DNA of 64,000 bases from Octopus vulgaris (GCA_951406725.2 OX597814.1:169446001-169510000); one strand, 5' to 3'; shown: positions 11,851 to 25,226, counted from the first letter of the stretch. A program made the numbers and translations. Notes: generated by a model not told the origin, from the sequence alone.

Positions 11851-12130
11851 ATAATATAAATTAGAGATAAAACCACTATTATGCAATTTAAACAATGATT
11901 GACATAAACCAAAACATAAATAACAAATAAAATATATTTTTATAGAACATATAACTAAATCACAAAAAGTATAAACGTGAATAATGAGTATTGATTATTC
12001 ATTTTTATACTTTAAGAGATCTAGTTATATGTTTTTTAAAAATATATTTTATTTGTTATTTATGTATTGGTTTATGTCAATCATTGTTTGAATTACATAA
12101 TAGTGGTTTTATCTCTAATTTATATTTTAT
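11851..12130. repeat. ~280-bp AT-rich foldback next to TA repeats
   Basis: aatataaattagagataaaaccactattatg... is mirrored by ...cataatagtggttttatctctaatttatatt; centre near 11990. Confidence 0.85.
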
Positions 12131-12203
12131 ATATTTATATTGTGAAATTTGATTTGATACTAAATTGAATTTTTCCCTGTAAGTTTGGAGTTATACTCCC
12201 TAA

Positions 12204-12245
<42 letters not shown>

Positions 12246-12248
12246 TAC

Positions 12249-12301
<53 letters not shown>

Positions 12302-12441
12302 AACACACACATATATCCTTTAAGCTCATTTACAGGAAATGTTTTGAATAAACATGTTAAAGCTCCTACTTTATTATGCCAGCTACAGTCTAATGGTGCC
12401 AACTAATAATAACAGTCTTTTGCACCAAGCTGTGTCTATAT

Positions 12442-12480
<39 letters not shown>

Positions 12481-12818
12481 ACGCACGTGCGTACATGCTC
12501 ACACAGAGAAGGTGGGCTACTTTCAGTATCAAATTCACTCATAATGAATTGGTTGACTTGATGTCATGCAGTGGAACTGAACCCATAACTATGTGGTTGG
12601 GAAGCTATTATCTTACCATATAACCACACCTGAACCATGAAATCTGAAAAATAAAGAACTTGCTTAATGTTTACAGTTTTGATAAATCCAGCACTTCCTC
12701 GAACTACTCTACTTCCATATTAGAAGGTAAATGATATTTCTTCAGAAAATCTTTGAAATAAAATGAAACACACACACACACACACATATTTAATAATAAT
12801 CTGTCCCAAAATTATACA

Positions 12819-12849
<31 letters not shown>

Positions 12850-13987
12850 TCATACACACATACATACATACATACATGACAGGCTTCTTTCAGTTTCCAT
12901 CCACAAAATCCACCCACAAGGCTTTGATTAGGCCAGGGTTATAGCAGAACACACTTGCCCAAGGTGCCATGCAGTAGGACTGAACCTGAAACAAGTAGAC
13001 TTCTTACCACACAACCATGTTTAGCTCACTGCAGAATTGAACATAATCCAATATTTCAACACAAAAAGACCAACTGTATGCAATTTAGGCATTGTAATTT
13101 CAGCAAATCTTTTGGAATTATGCCATTGCTTAGCCCTAAGGTACTGCTATCTCCCTCCTTTCATTTAAACACACACTCTCTCTCTCTCTTCCAAGTTAAG
13201 ACACTGTAATATCTGACAGCTATAGTTAAAACAATCGCAGTTCTTTAATATACCCTCACAAAATGTAAGAGATCTTCATAGATTAACTATCAACACTTTC
13301 AAATAATACTGGTAAAGCTGACTACCTGCAAGACACAGGGTTAGATTAGAGCTGAGCTGATGTTATACTATAATCCTTTCTACTACAGGCACACAGCCTG
13401 GATTTTGTGGAGAGGGGGACAGTCGATCACATCGACCCCAGTACTCAAGGATGAAAGGCAAATTTGACCTCAGAAGATAGCAACAAGTGAAATACCTATT
13501 TCTTTAATACCCACAAGGGGCTAAACACAGAGAGGATAAACAAGGACAGACAAACAGATTAAGTCGATTACATCAACCTCAGTGCATCACTGGTACTTAA
13601 TTTATCGACCCTGAAAGGATGAAAGGCAAAGTCGACCTTGGCTGAATTTGAACTCAGAAGTTAACAGCAGACAAAATACTGCTAAGCAGTTCACCCAGTG
13701 TGCTGATGATTCTGCCAGCTTGCCACCTATAATAACAATAACAACAACATAACATTCCTTTCTACTTTAAGCACAAAGCCTGAAATTTTGGGGTAGGGGA
13801 CTAGTTAATTACATTGACCCCAGTGATTCACTGGTACTTAATTTATCAACCCCGAAATGATGAAAGGTAAAGTCAACCTTAGCGGAATTCAAACTCAGAA
13901 TGTAGCACTGGGCAGAATACTGCTAAGCATTTTGCACAGCATGCTAATGATTCTTCCAGCTCGCTACCTATAATAACAACAACATAA

Positions 13988-14387
13988 TCTTTATATATAA
14001 AAGTAAGGTTGTGTGTCTGTCTCCTACGATTTAGATTCCTAACTACTCCCACATTTTGTGGTGCAGTTTAACCAAAACTGGGTATCTTATAGCCGTGATT
14101 CATATCGAGCCCTTCTGGGTATTAGCGCGCGTCTACGATGAGTCTACGATTTAAAAAATAATTTACCATCATTTTCTTCCATTTTAATGCATTTTTTTCG
14201 CTATTATATAAGGGAAGTAACTCTCTAAAAATGTCTACGATGAGTCAACGATTTAAAAAAAAAATTTACCATAATTTTTTTTCCATTTTTAATGCATTTT
14301 TTTGCTATTTTTTTGCTATAACTCTCTAAAAATGCTTATATAGTTATTTCCCTTACAAACCCGAGCAACGCCGGGTGATACTGCTAG
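13988..14387 (+). mobile_element. Non-autonomous Helitron (same family as 5657-6169) with internal duplication
   Basis: A|TC start, cccgagcaacgccggg hairpin, CTAG|T end; gtctacgatgagtc.acgatttaaaaaa block duplicated. Confidence 0.85.
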
Positions 14388-15106
14388 TATTAACTATAAC
14401 AATAACATTAACCTATGTTACAGCAGCAGACAGAGAAGACAATAAAAGCATCAAACTTTCTCTTTTACTAAATATCGAGCAGGAGATGAAGGTTGCAATA
14501 CCATTGATTGTTGTACCTCAAATATAGCTACATGGCTATTGCCTAGTCTACTTTATTTTCAGTTGGGTGGACTGTAGTGATAATGATTATTGCAGTTGTT
14601 TCAGGTCTTTCACCCTCAAGTTGCTATGTAAATTGGTCCTTGATGCTGTGGGGTATTTCCTCCAGCTGGCACAAGATTTTACTTGTGGACCCCTTTGATT
14701 CCTATTTTGCTTGGATGGACCCGATAACTAGTTCTACTCTTTTACTCATTCAGTCAGTTAACTGTGGTCATACTGGTGCACCATCTTTATTTACTTGTAT
14801 AGATTGAACTATGTAAAACGTTAGAGGAAGAAACCTTACTGTTTCTTGCAATACATACCAATACATACATCTAAAGCAAAATTTTTTCATGGACCCCAAA
14901 AATACTAACATAGTTCCCCGATTTATTATTTCTCTTGTGTGGATCCTCAAAAATCTTTGGCTGTGTGGTAAGTAGCTTGCTTGCCAACCACATGGTTCAG
15001 GGTTCAGTCCAACAGCATGGCACCTTGGGCAAGTGTTTTCTACTATAGCCTCGGGCTAATCAAAGCCTTGTGAGTGGATTTGGTAGACGGAAACTGAAAG
15101 AAGCCC

Positions 15107-15141
<35 letters not shown>

Positions 15142-15325
15142 CGTATATATATATTGTCGTATATATAGTCTTGACCACTGGTTCTCAACCAGAGTCCACA
15201 TGACCCTGGGGGTAGGGGGGTTACTCTTTTACTCCTTTATTCTTTTACTTGTTTCAGTCACTTGACAGCAGCCATGCAGGAGCTCTGCCTTTCATCAAAC
15301 AAATCAACCCCAGGACTTATTCTTT

Positions 15326-15459
15326 CCCCAAGACACCTGATGAAGGCTGGAGGATATATCAGCCGAAACGTTGTGTTAACAACAAACAAGATGAGGACAA
15401 AATCTGTCAAAATGTCAATAATGTACATAATTACTCATCTCTTAAATATAGAACTGTAG
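15326..15459 (+). mobile_element. Penelope-like terminal-repeat fragment inserted in a SINE, 8-bp TSD
   Basis: tattcttt at 15318-15325 and 15460-15467; homologous to 39000-39105 (-), which lies downstream of a GIY-YIG ORF end. Confidence 0.8.
15332..15377 (+). ncRNA. Minimal type I hammerhead ribozyme motif (canonical core)
   Basis: gacac-CTGATGA-a-ggctg-gaggatatat-cagcc-GAAA-cg-TT-gtgtt; palindromic ACGU stem III, GUU site. Confidence 0.8.
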
Positions 15460-16144
15460 TATTCTTTGTAAGCCTAGTACTTATACTATTGGTTTCTTTT
15501 GCTGAAGTTACGGGGATGTAAACACACCAACATCGGTTGTGAAGCAATGGTGGGAGGACAAATACAGACACACGTACTAGGCTTACAAAGAATAAGTCCT
15601 GGGGTGGATTTGTTTGACAAAAGGCAGTGCTGCATCATGGCCACTGTCAAATGACTGACACAAATAAAAGAGTAAAAGAGTAATTCCTGTTACCCCCAGG
15701 GTCATATGGACTTTGGTTGAGAACCAATAGTCAGGACAATCTAATCCTACTCTTTAGATCTTGGTGGTGGTGTGACCATAGCAGCTCAGCAGGCTTAGAC
15801 AGCTGCAATGCCCAGCAAGCTGTAGGTTTTACATTGGAGTTATCTTCTCCTGCATGACTTGCCTTACAGAGCTGAAGCACCACAACTAACCTGGAGTTGT
15901 CAAAAAAGTATCAAACAGAGCACCAGAATGGCCAAGGGACTCCAGTCCTTGATTTGCTGTTGAGATTGATTCCCTGAGCCTTTTCCTTTACATATGGTTG
16001 TAATATGCATATATGTAATTGTAAGATTCCTGGACTGGATGATGTCATATTCTTAAGCAAAACACTGTAATCCTGCGATAGACTGGCGTTCCGTCCAGGT
16101 TAGGGGAGGGGATTTTTTACAACACATAATCTGGGAAACTGGCT

Positions 16145-16373
16145 TTAACTCTTTAGCATTTAAACCGGCCATATCCGGCCAAAAGTATTCTGCCTGTTTT
16201 ATGTTCAAACTGGCCAGTTCTGGTCTCTCACACAAACCCTACAATATCATTTTTAAAATTAACAGCTACTTCATCAAAATCTCAGAGCTACAAGATAATG
16301 CACGATTAGTTCAAAACAATTTGGATGAAAAAGCATTAATTTTGGTAGAATAATGCAAACACTAAAGGGTTAA
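16145..16373. mobile_element. piggyBac-like MITE
   Basis: TTAA flanks, termini ctctttag / ctaaaggg; further copies at 27009-27446 and about 48378-48588. Confidence 0.75.
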
Positions 16374-16739
16374 ATGCCCATGGCTCAGGAAGGACCTTTA
16401 GTTTTTTGATCTTTTGAATTTCACTCACAAGACTTGGGTTAATCTGAAGCTAAGGTCCAACACACAAAATGATTGTACCTGGGACCTCAGAATTGTGAAG
16501 AAGAAAACTTCTTAAATATTTGACTATCCCAGTATCCTTACATACATTTTTTCTTTCTTCTTTTTTTCTCTTTGACTTGTTGAGTTTGGGTGGCACCATG
16601 TGTTATGACCTTCACAGGCCTTCTTAGAAGACCAATGAGATTGGTGTCGTTAATGTTCCTTTTAAATCTTTGCTTCTCAATACTTGCAGGAAAGACTTGT
16701 ATATGTGCAAGAGGGAGATCCATGAAAGATGATGTTCTA

Positions 16740-16970
16740 GAAAGGAAGGAAAGAAGAATGGAAAGAGGGAAGGAAAGAGAGAAGGAAGAATGGAAGGAAA
16801 GAAGGAAGGAGAGAAGGAAGGAAGGAAGGACAGAAGGAAGGAAGGAAGGAAGGAAGGAGAGAAGGAAGGACAGAAGGAAGGAAGAACTGAAGGAAGGAAG
16901 GAAGGAGAGAAGGAAGGAAGGAAGGAAGGAAGGAAAAAAGGAAGTAGAGAAGGAAGGAAGGAAGGATAGA
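16740..16970. repeat. (GAAG)n microsatellite
   Basis: Direct inspection. Confidence 0.95.
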
Positions 16971-17639
16971 TGGACACACGGATGGACAAACTATGTCTCA
17001 AATGATAAGAAGATGTTTGTTTATGGCTTGAATGCCTTTGATCAAAGAACTGCTAAATCAGGGCTGATTTGGTTCTAAATCAGGGGCTGGTTTGGGTATA
17101 AACAACATCGTTGTCAACAACAACAACAACAACAACAAGGACACCAACAGTAACAACAATTAGGACTTAAGACATGGGACATTAACACCAGAAGAACAAT
17201 AGCCAACAATAGAAATAATTAACCAGAGCAATGAATTAATACATAAAAATAAAAACAATAACAAAAAAAAAATCTGTTCTGCTATATATGGCTTTAGAAG
17301 TTGGCCAGACATAGCAGTAACTGGTAATGTACTATTTCTGGAATATTTTATTTTCTTTCTTACTTTCTTTTTTTTTTTGTTTTATGATTTTTTTTTTTAT
17401 TATTTAACTATTTACAGACTGCTTTTAGGTATTCACAACAGAAATAAAACTGACTGATACTCTTTCTTCTTATGCTGCTGCTGCTGCTGTGGCTACTGCT
17501 GCTGCTGTGGCTACTGCTGCTTCTTCTATTTATTTATTTTTGCTTTTGCCTCCTTTACTCAGTTTTATCATTATCTTTAACAATGCCATAATCATCATCA
17601 CCTCTGTTGTCGCTGATGTTGCCATGATGATGATCATGA

Positions 17640-18008
17640 GGATGAGAAATGATGATGTAGATGATGATGATGATGATTATCATCTTAATCATTAGCACCA
17701 CCACCACCAGTACAATCATCATCATAACTACATTGCTCTTCCTTCTCATTCCCCTCGTAAATATTGTCTTCATTTTCATCGGCATAATGAGGAAGATGAT
17801 GATAACAATGGTGACAGTGATGATGATGATGATGCTGATGATGACGACGATGATGATGATAATGATGATGACAATGAGGATGACAGTGATGATGATGATG
17901 ACGATGATGATGATGATGACGATGACAATGATGATGATGGTAATAATGAGGATGATGATGATGACGACGACGACAACTACAACGATGATGACGGTGATGA
18001 TATTCCTC

Positions 18009-18040
<32 letters not shown>

Positions 18041-18280
18041 TATGCAGAGGAAATCAAGGAAAATCATCACCAAGGTCATTATCAGTCTCAGTAGCTTTAT
18101 CAGCATCATCATCATCAGCAGTAGCAGTGAAATTAGCAGAATACCCCACCACCACCACCACTACCACCACCATTTTCATCTTACTTTTTCTCATTATCAC
18201 AACTAATCACAATTACCACTACTACAACCACTACTATGATCAGTCTACTCACACCACCACCACCACCACCACCACCACAG
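17640..18280. repeat. Compound (ATG)n/(CAT)n/(CAC)n microsatellite block
   Basis: Direct inspection; accounts for the poly-M/I/S ORFs. Confidence 0.9.
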
Positions 18281-18386
18281 CAATATGAAGGTCACCCACA
18301 ACAATACTAGTACCATCTGTTTAATGTAAAACATGGTCTTCTCAGTAATATGCAAATATATATATCTATGTATGAGTGTGTATATA

Positions 18387-18441
<55 letters not shown>

Positions 18442-19435
18442 GTATATATATGTATGTATGTGTGTGTGTATATATATATAGAGAGAGAGAGAAAGAGAGA
18501 GAGAGAAAGAGAGAGAGTGAGAGAGAGAGAGGATAAATGTAAAAAAACAAAAACTGAGACAAGAACGCAAGACATTTAGAAGACGATACAAAAAAACGTA
18601 CGGGACATTCGAAGCCTTCGATCTTCACTCAAGAACCGGATCATCTTCGCAATTTCGGCTGATTAATTTTGAGATTGCTCCGACCTGGCCAGCCCCAAAG
18701 GAAAAATCTAAGCAAAGCGCATTAGATTCCTTGGAAGAAAGCCTCGAATGTATACAAAACAAGGACGGGAACGAATAAGAATACAAAAATACGTAAAAAT
18801 AATAATGATAACACGAATAAGAATATGAAAATACGTAAAAACAATAATGATAGTAATAATAACAAAAACACACCCTTTAAGTTCGTTTATGGGGACACAT
18901 TTTGAGAACACATATAAAAGATCGTATTTTATTATGCTGGCTATTGTTTGGTAATTCCAGCCTGCAACACCAATTTTATGGCATCATACTGAGCTGTGCT
19001 GATATAATGTAAGATTACTATATATATATATATATCGGTCATCTTTCTTTTCTTATGTGACATTCTAAGGACTGGACGTCTTTTGTCCCTCTCTTCTACC
19101 TTTTTCTCTTTCAAAGAAAATATTTCTTCCAGCGTTCACTATTTTCCCCCTCTTTCTGTTTTGTTTCCTTGTATGCCTCCACTGTCCTGTTTTTGTTCCC
19201 AACTTTGACCCTCCATAAAATCCAAAATTTATTTTGGAAGTTATGGGAGCAACTGTCTTTGAAGACTCATATTGTCACTGAATGCTCGAAATGGGGGAGT
19301 AAATAGACAGCCGACAACTTATGAAAGGTTGTTCTTTGTGTTACTTGTCCTGTCTTTAATTTTTTTTTCTTCTGTTGTTTGTGTATTTGACTCGCTTGTT
19401 TTCGGACTTTAAGTTGTTTACAGTTGGTCCTGTAC

Positions 19436-19473
<38 letters not shown>

Positions 19474-20149
19474 TATATTGTTATTTAACTGAACGCCACA
19501 TAAGAAAGAGGTCATCTTCAACCTGCTGCTTGCAAACATGATGTCATGCCATTCCCCTTCCAGTCCCTCCATGACATCACTCCCTCTCCCTTTTGGCCAC
19601 TTGTCCTTTCTCCACAGATGTCCAACACATGTGAGCATGAAAAAGACATAAAATATTGCTGCTGCTGCTGCTGCTGCTGTTGTTGTTGTTGTTGTTGTTA
19701 AGCAACAAGACGGGTAAGGGTGATTAGATGATTGTCTTAGGCTTAGGCGCAGGAGACCCCAGACCTTGGAAAAAAAAAAACTTTGGTCGTCTTGTTGTAG
19801 TCGAGGGCTCTTCATTGACCCCCGACACCACTGGGAGGTGGCCCTCGAAGTCGCTGGAAATGGATATCTCTGGGTCAAAATTCTTGAACGGCTGCTGCTG
19901 CTGCTGTTTCTGTTACTTCCACTGTTGATATCTAGGACTACATTTTTGTAGTCCTAGATATAACATACACTCATATAACATACCCCCTTACTTTTTGTTA
20001 AAACAGTAAGGGTATATGTTATATCAGAGAGAAAGACTTGGCTTTTATTTTGAGTAGATCAAACAGCTACATGGATATTACATTAGTATATATTACAAGA
20101 ACACACATTTCAAACATATGACACTCACAATTTAATATTTCACATCACA

Positions 20150-20530
20150 GGCGCAGGAATGGCTGTGTGGTAAGTAGCTTGCTAACCAACCACCTGGTTC
20201 CGGGTTCAGTCCCACTGCGTGGCATCTTGGGCAAGTGTCTTCTGTTATAGCTCCAGGCCGACCAATGTCTTGTGAGTGGATTTGGTAGCCTGTCGTATAT
20301 ATGTATATATATGTGTGTGTTTGTGTGTCTGTGTTTGTCCCCCTAGCATTGCTTGACAACCGATGCTGGTGTGTTTATGTCCCCGTCACTTAGCGGCTTG
20401 GCAAAACAGACCGATAAAATAAGTACTGGGCTTACAAAGAATAAGTCCCGGGGTCGATTTGCTCGACTAAAAGGCGGTGCTCCAGCATGGCCGCAGTCAA
20501 ATGACTGAAACAAGTAAAAGAGTAAAGAGT
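20150..20530 (+). mobile_element. SINE family A, full-length
   Basis: As for 681-1090. Confidence 0.85.
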
Positions 20531-20877
20531 ATACTCTTTGTTCAAATCCCTCCCACAAAAAAAAAAAATACACTGCTAAAAAACATTTTGTATTGCATGC
20601 TATTACCACAGGTATGGTTGTTTTTAAAGTTAGAGATTCACATACAAATTGTTGGAAGAAGCAAACTTTACAGCAGAGCACTTTTCTTTTCTGAGAGAGC
20701 GCGGAGAGTTAAGTGGTTAGTACATGAGACAATCAAATGTCTAAATGCACAAGAAGTACTAATGGTATTAAGGTTATCATTTTCTAGACTGTTAACCTTG
20801 GTTTTAGACATGTATATCTACAATATGAAATTTGCACTACATTTTGATCAGCTATGTTGAAGTTATGGAATCTGTGA

Positions 20878-21393
20878 TCTCTCTATATATAAACGGCAGT
20901 TTGTCTGTCTGTGTGTCTGTCAGGTTGTACCTTCAGCCTGACCACGGCTTTCAACCGATTCTGATGAAACTTGACACACACATAGCCCAATGTCATAATT
21001 CAAAACTAACGCAGTGAAAATTTTGAAAAGTTCCCCCAGTTCTGAAGAAAATCGATAAATTCGACATGGGGTCGAGAATCTAAGCTTTTTATTTGCAACA
21101 CATTTTCTGTTGTAGTTTTCGCAACTTGCAATCGATTTTCACCAAACTCATGGTGAAGCTTAATGTTACCCTAAGAAACTTAATTCTGACGTTAGTTTTC
21201 CATGCAATACCTTACCATCAGAAAAAATCGATAAAATCATGCCATTTTGGGAAATCGCGTTCAAATTCAAGATGACATATTTTCGACAATATCTTTAACA
21301 AATTGGCAGGAATTTTTTTTTAAATTCACAGCGAGCATCATGCCTGCTCCAGGGGCTCTTCCATACCCGGGTAATGCCGGGCTATGCTGCTAG
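20878..21393 (+). mobile_element. Non-autonomous Helitron (second family)
   Basis: A|TC start, cccgg-gtaatg-ccggg hairpin, CTAG|T end. Confidence 0.8.
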
Positions 21394-21712
21394 TATGGTT
21401 ATAAGCAGCATGCACTTTTTTCTGTAGATTGAATTTTGTTGCTTGAGCTGCATTTTGTTTTCTGGTTTGTTTAGACCAAGCCGAACAAGCCATTTCTGTG
21501 TTTGTCACAATATTCTACTAGGGTTGTGTCAGTAGTTAGGTATGCCTGTTGCTATAGCAGCATACTAATCCCTGAGTGGTTTAGAATTAGCTCAGTTCAT
21601 ATACATGTCAAGGAAAACTATCAGCATGAATTCACTTTGCTGCCATACTAGGAAGTGTTGGACCAAGGATCATGGGCAGACAAACACATCATTCAAAAAA
21701 CGCTTGCAGAAA

Positions 21713-21950
21713 TACCTATTTCTTTACTGCCCACAAGGGGCTACACACAGACGGGACAAACAAGGACAGACAAACGGATTAAGTCGATTATATCGGCCCC
21801 AGTGCGTAACTGGTACTTATTTAATCGATCCCGAAAGGATGAAAGGCAAAGTTGACCTCGGCGGAATTTGAACTCAGAATGTAGCGGCAGACGAAATACC
21901 ACTAAGCATTTCGCCCGGCATGCTAACGTTTCTGCCAGCTCACCGCCTTA
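21713..21950 (-). mobile_element. SINE family B with 13-bp TSD
   Basis: ttgcagaaatacc on both sides; Meta-like domain. Confidence 0.8.
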
Positions 21951-21970
21951 TTGCAGAAATACCAAACTCA

Positions 21971-22335
21971 AGCCGGTGAGCTGGCAGAATCATTAGCATG
22001 CCGAGTGAAGTGCTTAGCTGCATTTCGTTTGTCTTTACGTTCTGAGTTCAAATTCATCCGAGGTCGACTTTACCTTTCATCCTTTCGGGGTCGATAAATT
22101 GAGTACCAGTTATGCACTGGGGTCGATATAATTGACTTAATCCGTTTGTCTGTTCTTGTTTGTCCCCTCTATGTTTAGCACCTTGTGGATAGTAAAGAAA
22201 TAGGTATTTCGTCTGTCGCTATGTTCTGAGTTCAAATTCTGCCGAGGTTGACTTTGCCTTTCATCCTTTTGGGGTTGATAAATTAAGTACCAGTTACGCA
22301 CTAGGGTCAATGTAATTGACTTAATCCCTTTGACT
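21971..22335 (+). mobile_element. SINE family B, partial dimer
   Basis: B-box/Meta block occurs twice in tandem. Confidence 0.75.
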
Positions 22336-22340
22336 TAATG

Positions 22341-22436
22341 GTTACTATCAAAGTGACAGAGCATAGAATAAGCAATTTGAAGCTCAAAGAAGCCATTTTT
22401 ATTAATAAACTGAAATTGGCACTTAGCAATAGATGA
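22341..22436 (+). pseudogene. Penelope-like GIY-YIG C-terminal remnant
   Basis: VTIKVTEHRISNLKLKEAIFINKLKLALSNR* resembles the PLE terminal motif LKIKEAI.I.KLKP.LN; decayed hammerhead-like string at 22486-22523. Confidence 0.5.
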
Positions 22437-22657
22437 GCGTTACTTCCTCCTGCATATCTGAACAAATGGCACTAACTCTTCCATTTTCTTCTGATAAAAA
22501 GGTATTATTCAAAAACATAAGAATATAAGCTGAAATATAAACTAACTTGTCTTTACTTTTGTTTTCATTCTGTTTCAATTGACACTGCATTGAACAATTT
22601 TAACTTCATATATATATAAATATCAATAAAACACACACACACACATATATATATATA

Positions 22658-22695
<38 letters not shown>

Positions 22696-23959
22696 AATAC
22701 ATACATACATATATACATACACAAACACACATAAATATCTAAGCCTGCATCTGTGTGTGTTTGTGTATGTGTATGTGTGTGTGTGTGTGCATGTGCATAC
22801 GGTGTGTGTCACTTGCAGATTTTTCACCATTTATACCAGAATATGCTGATTAATCTATAGGCTTTAAGCTGGCTTTATAACATAGAGAAATAAATTTTCT
22901 CTTTACAGTATCTCTGATTTTACTCATGACATGTAACAACTGATAGATAGATCTAGGGTCAACAGAAGCTCATCCATTCCGTTCTTTAATGGCTTAGTAA
23001 TTCTTAAAGAATGGGGGAAAAAAATATAATAATGTGTAAGAAATAAATGGTAAAGGGAGAATTCAAACTTGTAAGCAAGAATGTGAATCGATATTTACAG
23101 CCTGTTTTAAAATATCATTGCAGTAATGGATCCAAGACATCTACAAGACTGTATATCCATTTTGTGAAGGAAATGCATTTGAAGAAATACTTTTCAGAAA
23201 TCTCATTGCCTCTGCCTTTCTGTGAGGAAAGGCTTAATTCTAGCCCAAAATAAAAATGAATATATACATATATATATAAACAAGTGTGTACACACACACA
23301 CGTGCGCACACGCACACACACACATACACAGACACACATTCACACACACACACAATGGTGATGATGACGATGACAATGATGATGATGATGATGATGATGA
23401 GATATCTATATATATATATGTGTGTGTGTGTGTATACACACATGTAGATATATATAAACAAGGGTGTAGATGCAAGCACACACACACAATGGGGATGATG
23501 ATAATGATGATGAAGATGATGATGATGATGAGATATCTATATCTATATATATATATGTGTGTGTGTGTATAAGTATATATGTGTGTATACATACACATGT
23601 AGATATTCAAATATTCTTGTGTGTTAGTGTATTATTTGTGTGTACTTAAGGTCATTTGGAGAATAATTACATATTCCAATGCCATAAATTATAAGTCAAC
23701 CAATGAAGGTGTGATAACACTTAAATGGTAGAAAGTGATTGCTAGATCTAGTTTATCATCTCTTCTATCTGTCAATGTGTCACTGACAGTGAAGTATAAA
23801 GTATAACCTCATAAAAATTAAAGACTTTAAAGAGCAACATATTTGCCATTGCTTATAGTATAGATTTTAAAAGGGTAATGCTGCTACACAGGCAATGAAA
23901 AGCATCTCTGGAGTATATTCTGATGTAGTGATGGTTTGTAATTGTCAGCTGTGCTTTCA

Positions 23960-24429
23960 ATAATTCCTTTTGAAAGGATCAAAACCAGCTCTTTGTAATT
24001 GCCATAGATATTTGTATAAATTCATTGAAGATCTGTTTTCAGTGTGTTTTAAAGGAATTTTTGTGCAGGTAAAACCTCACCTTAAAGCTATTTCCTGTGG
24101 TTCCAGAATAAGTTTTATGTGTAGGGTTACTATCAATTTAGATCTCAGCACCTTTGATCATGTAATTGCCTTTAAGGAGGCTGTTACTGGAATCTTTACT
24201 TGCACTTTGAATGATCCTTATATTCATTAGATTTATTGAATTTGCTCACATTATGCCAGGTAGCAAATGAAACAAATTTCTTCCTGCATTAATAGCTAAG
24301 TTTTGGGATTCTCCTGTTAAATATTCTATAATACCCCATGGAAAAATGTCTGGATACTGAATTTTAAAATGATCTAGCAATATTAGTTTTGACATTTATA
24401 CTAAATGTTGGGTTGAACCACAAAACTTT
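23960..24429 (-). pseudogene. Old Penelope-like retroelement: linker plus GIY-YIG endonuclease remnant
   Basis: Manual translation: KVLWFNPTFSINVKTNIARSF*..RHF..RIFNRRIPKLSY*C..HN, then KTYSGTTGNSFKVRFYLHKNSFK and (frameshift) NLYKYLWQL; matches PLE WFNPPFS.NVKTN / YIG.T...FK.R...H..SF / LSKYIW.L. Confidence 0.8.
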
Positions 24430-25068
24430 CTAGAGATAGTTCTACTAATTATAGCTATTTTGATCTTAGCCAAGTTTATAAATCTATGCTTAGGGTTGCT
24501 CCTAAAACTAACTTTGGTCCTTAAGAGTAATAAAAGGTGCCATTGGGGGAAGATATTCTACTCTGTTACTGACATTGAGCTTCATTGCGGTTGTTTTACT
24601 TCAAGATTCACTTCCTTCTATAAACTTTGGTCTGCCTTCTTATACACACACACACACACACACACATATTTACATAATGAACAGGCTATACTTCAGAACA
24701 TTTCATGGCAGGTTAATACCAGACTCTGCTATAAATAGCAAACAGTTTCATTATATAGTCATGAACAATAAATGTATGTGGTAAATTTTACAAAATATGG
24801 AATGTATTTATGGAAAGATGACAATAGATAAATATAAATTCAGAAAAAGAATACAATAAAATAAAGTAAATAAAATACATCAAAAGTAAAATAAAAAATA
24901 TCTGCCACAACTACGATTTCACTTGACTTGATGGGTTTTATTCTCAAGCATGGTATATTGCCAAATATCATGGTCATTTGCCATTGCCTTTGTGAGGTCC
25001 AACAATCAAGTGATGTTTTTTACATGCCACTGGCATCAGCAATGACTACAATTTCACTTATATATATA

Positions 25069-25210
25069 TCATCATCATCATCATTTAGCGTCCGCTTTCC
25101 ATGCTAGCATGGGTTGGACGGGTCAACTGGGGTCTGTGAAGCCAGAAGGCCTCGTCAGGCCCAGTCAGATCTGGCAGTGTTTCTACGGCTGGATGCCCTT
25201 CTTAACGCCC
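25069..25210 (-). mobile_element. RTE 3' tail
   Basis: (cat)n followed by cgtccgctttccatgctagcatgggttggacg. Confidence 0.8.
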
Positions 25211-25226
25211 ATATATATGTGTGTGT

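Noticed and set aside
19267-19878. 203-aa minus-strand ORF
   Set aside because: Runs through (CAA), (CAG) and (TA) repeats and across an insertion boundary; no domain
22486-22523. Decayed hammerhead downstream of the GIY-YIG remnant
   Set aside because: Needs several substitutions (G8, G12, stem II) to restore; kept only as supporting context
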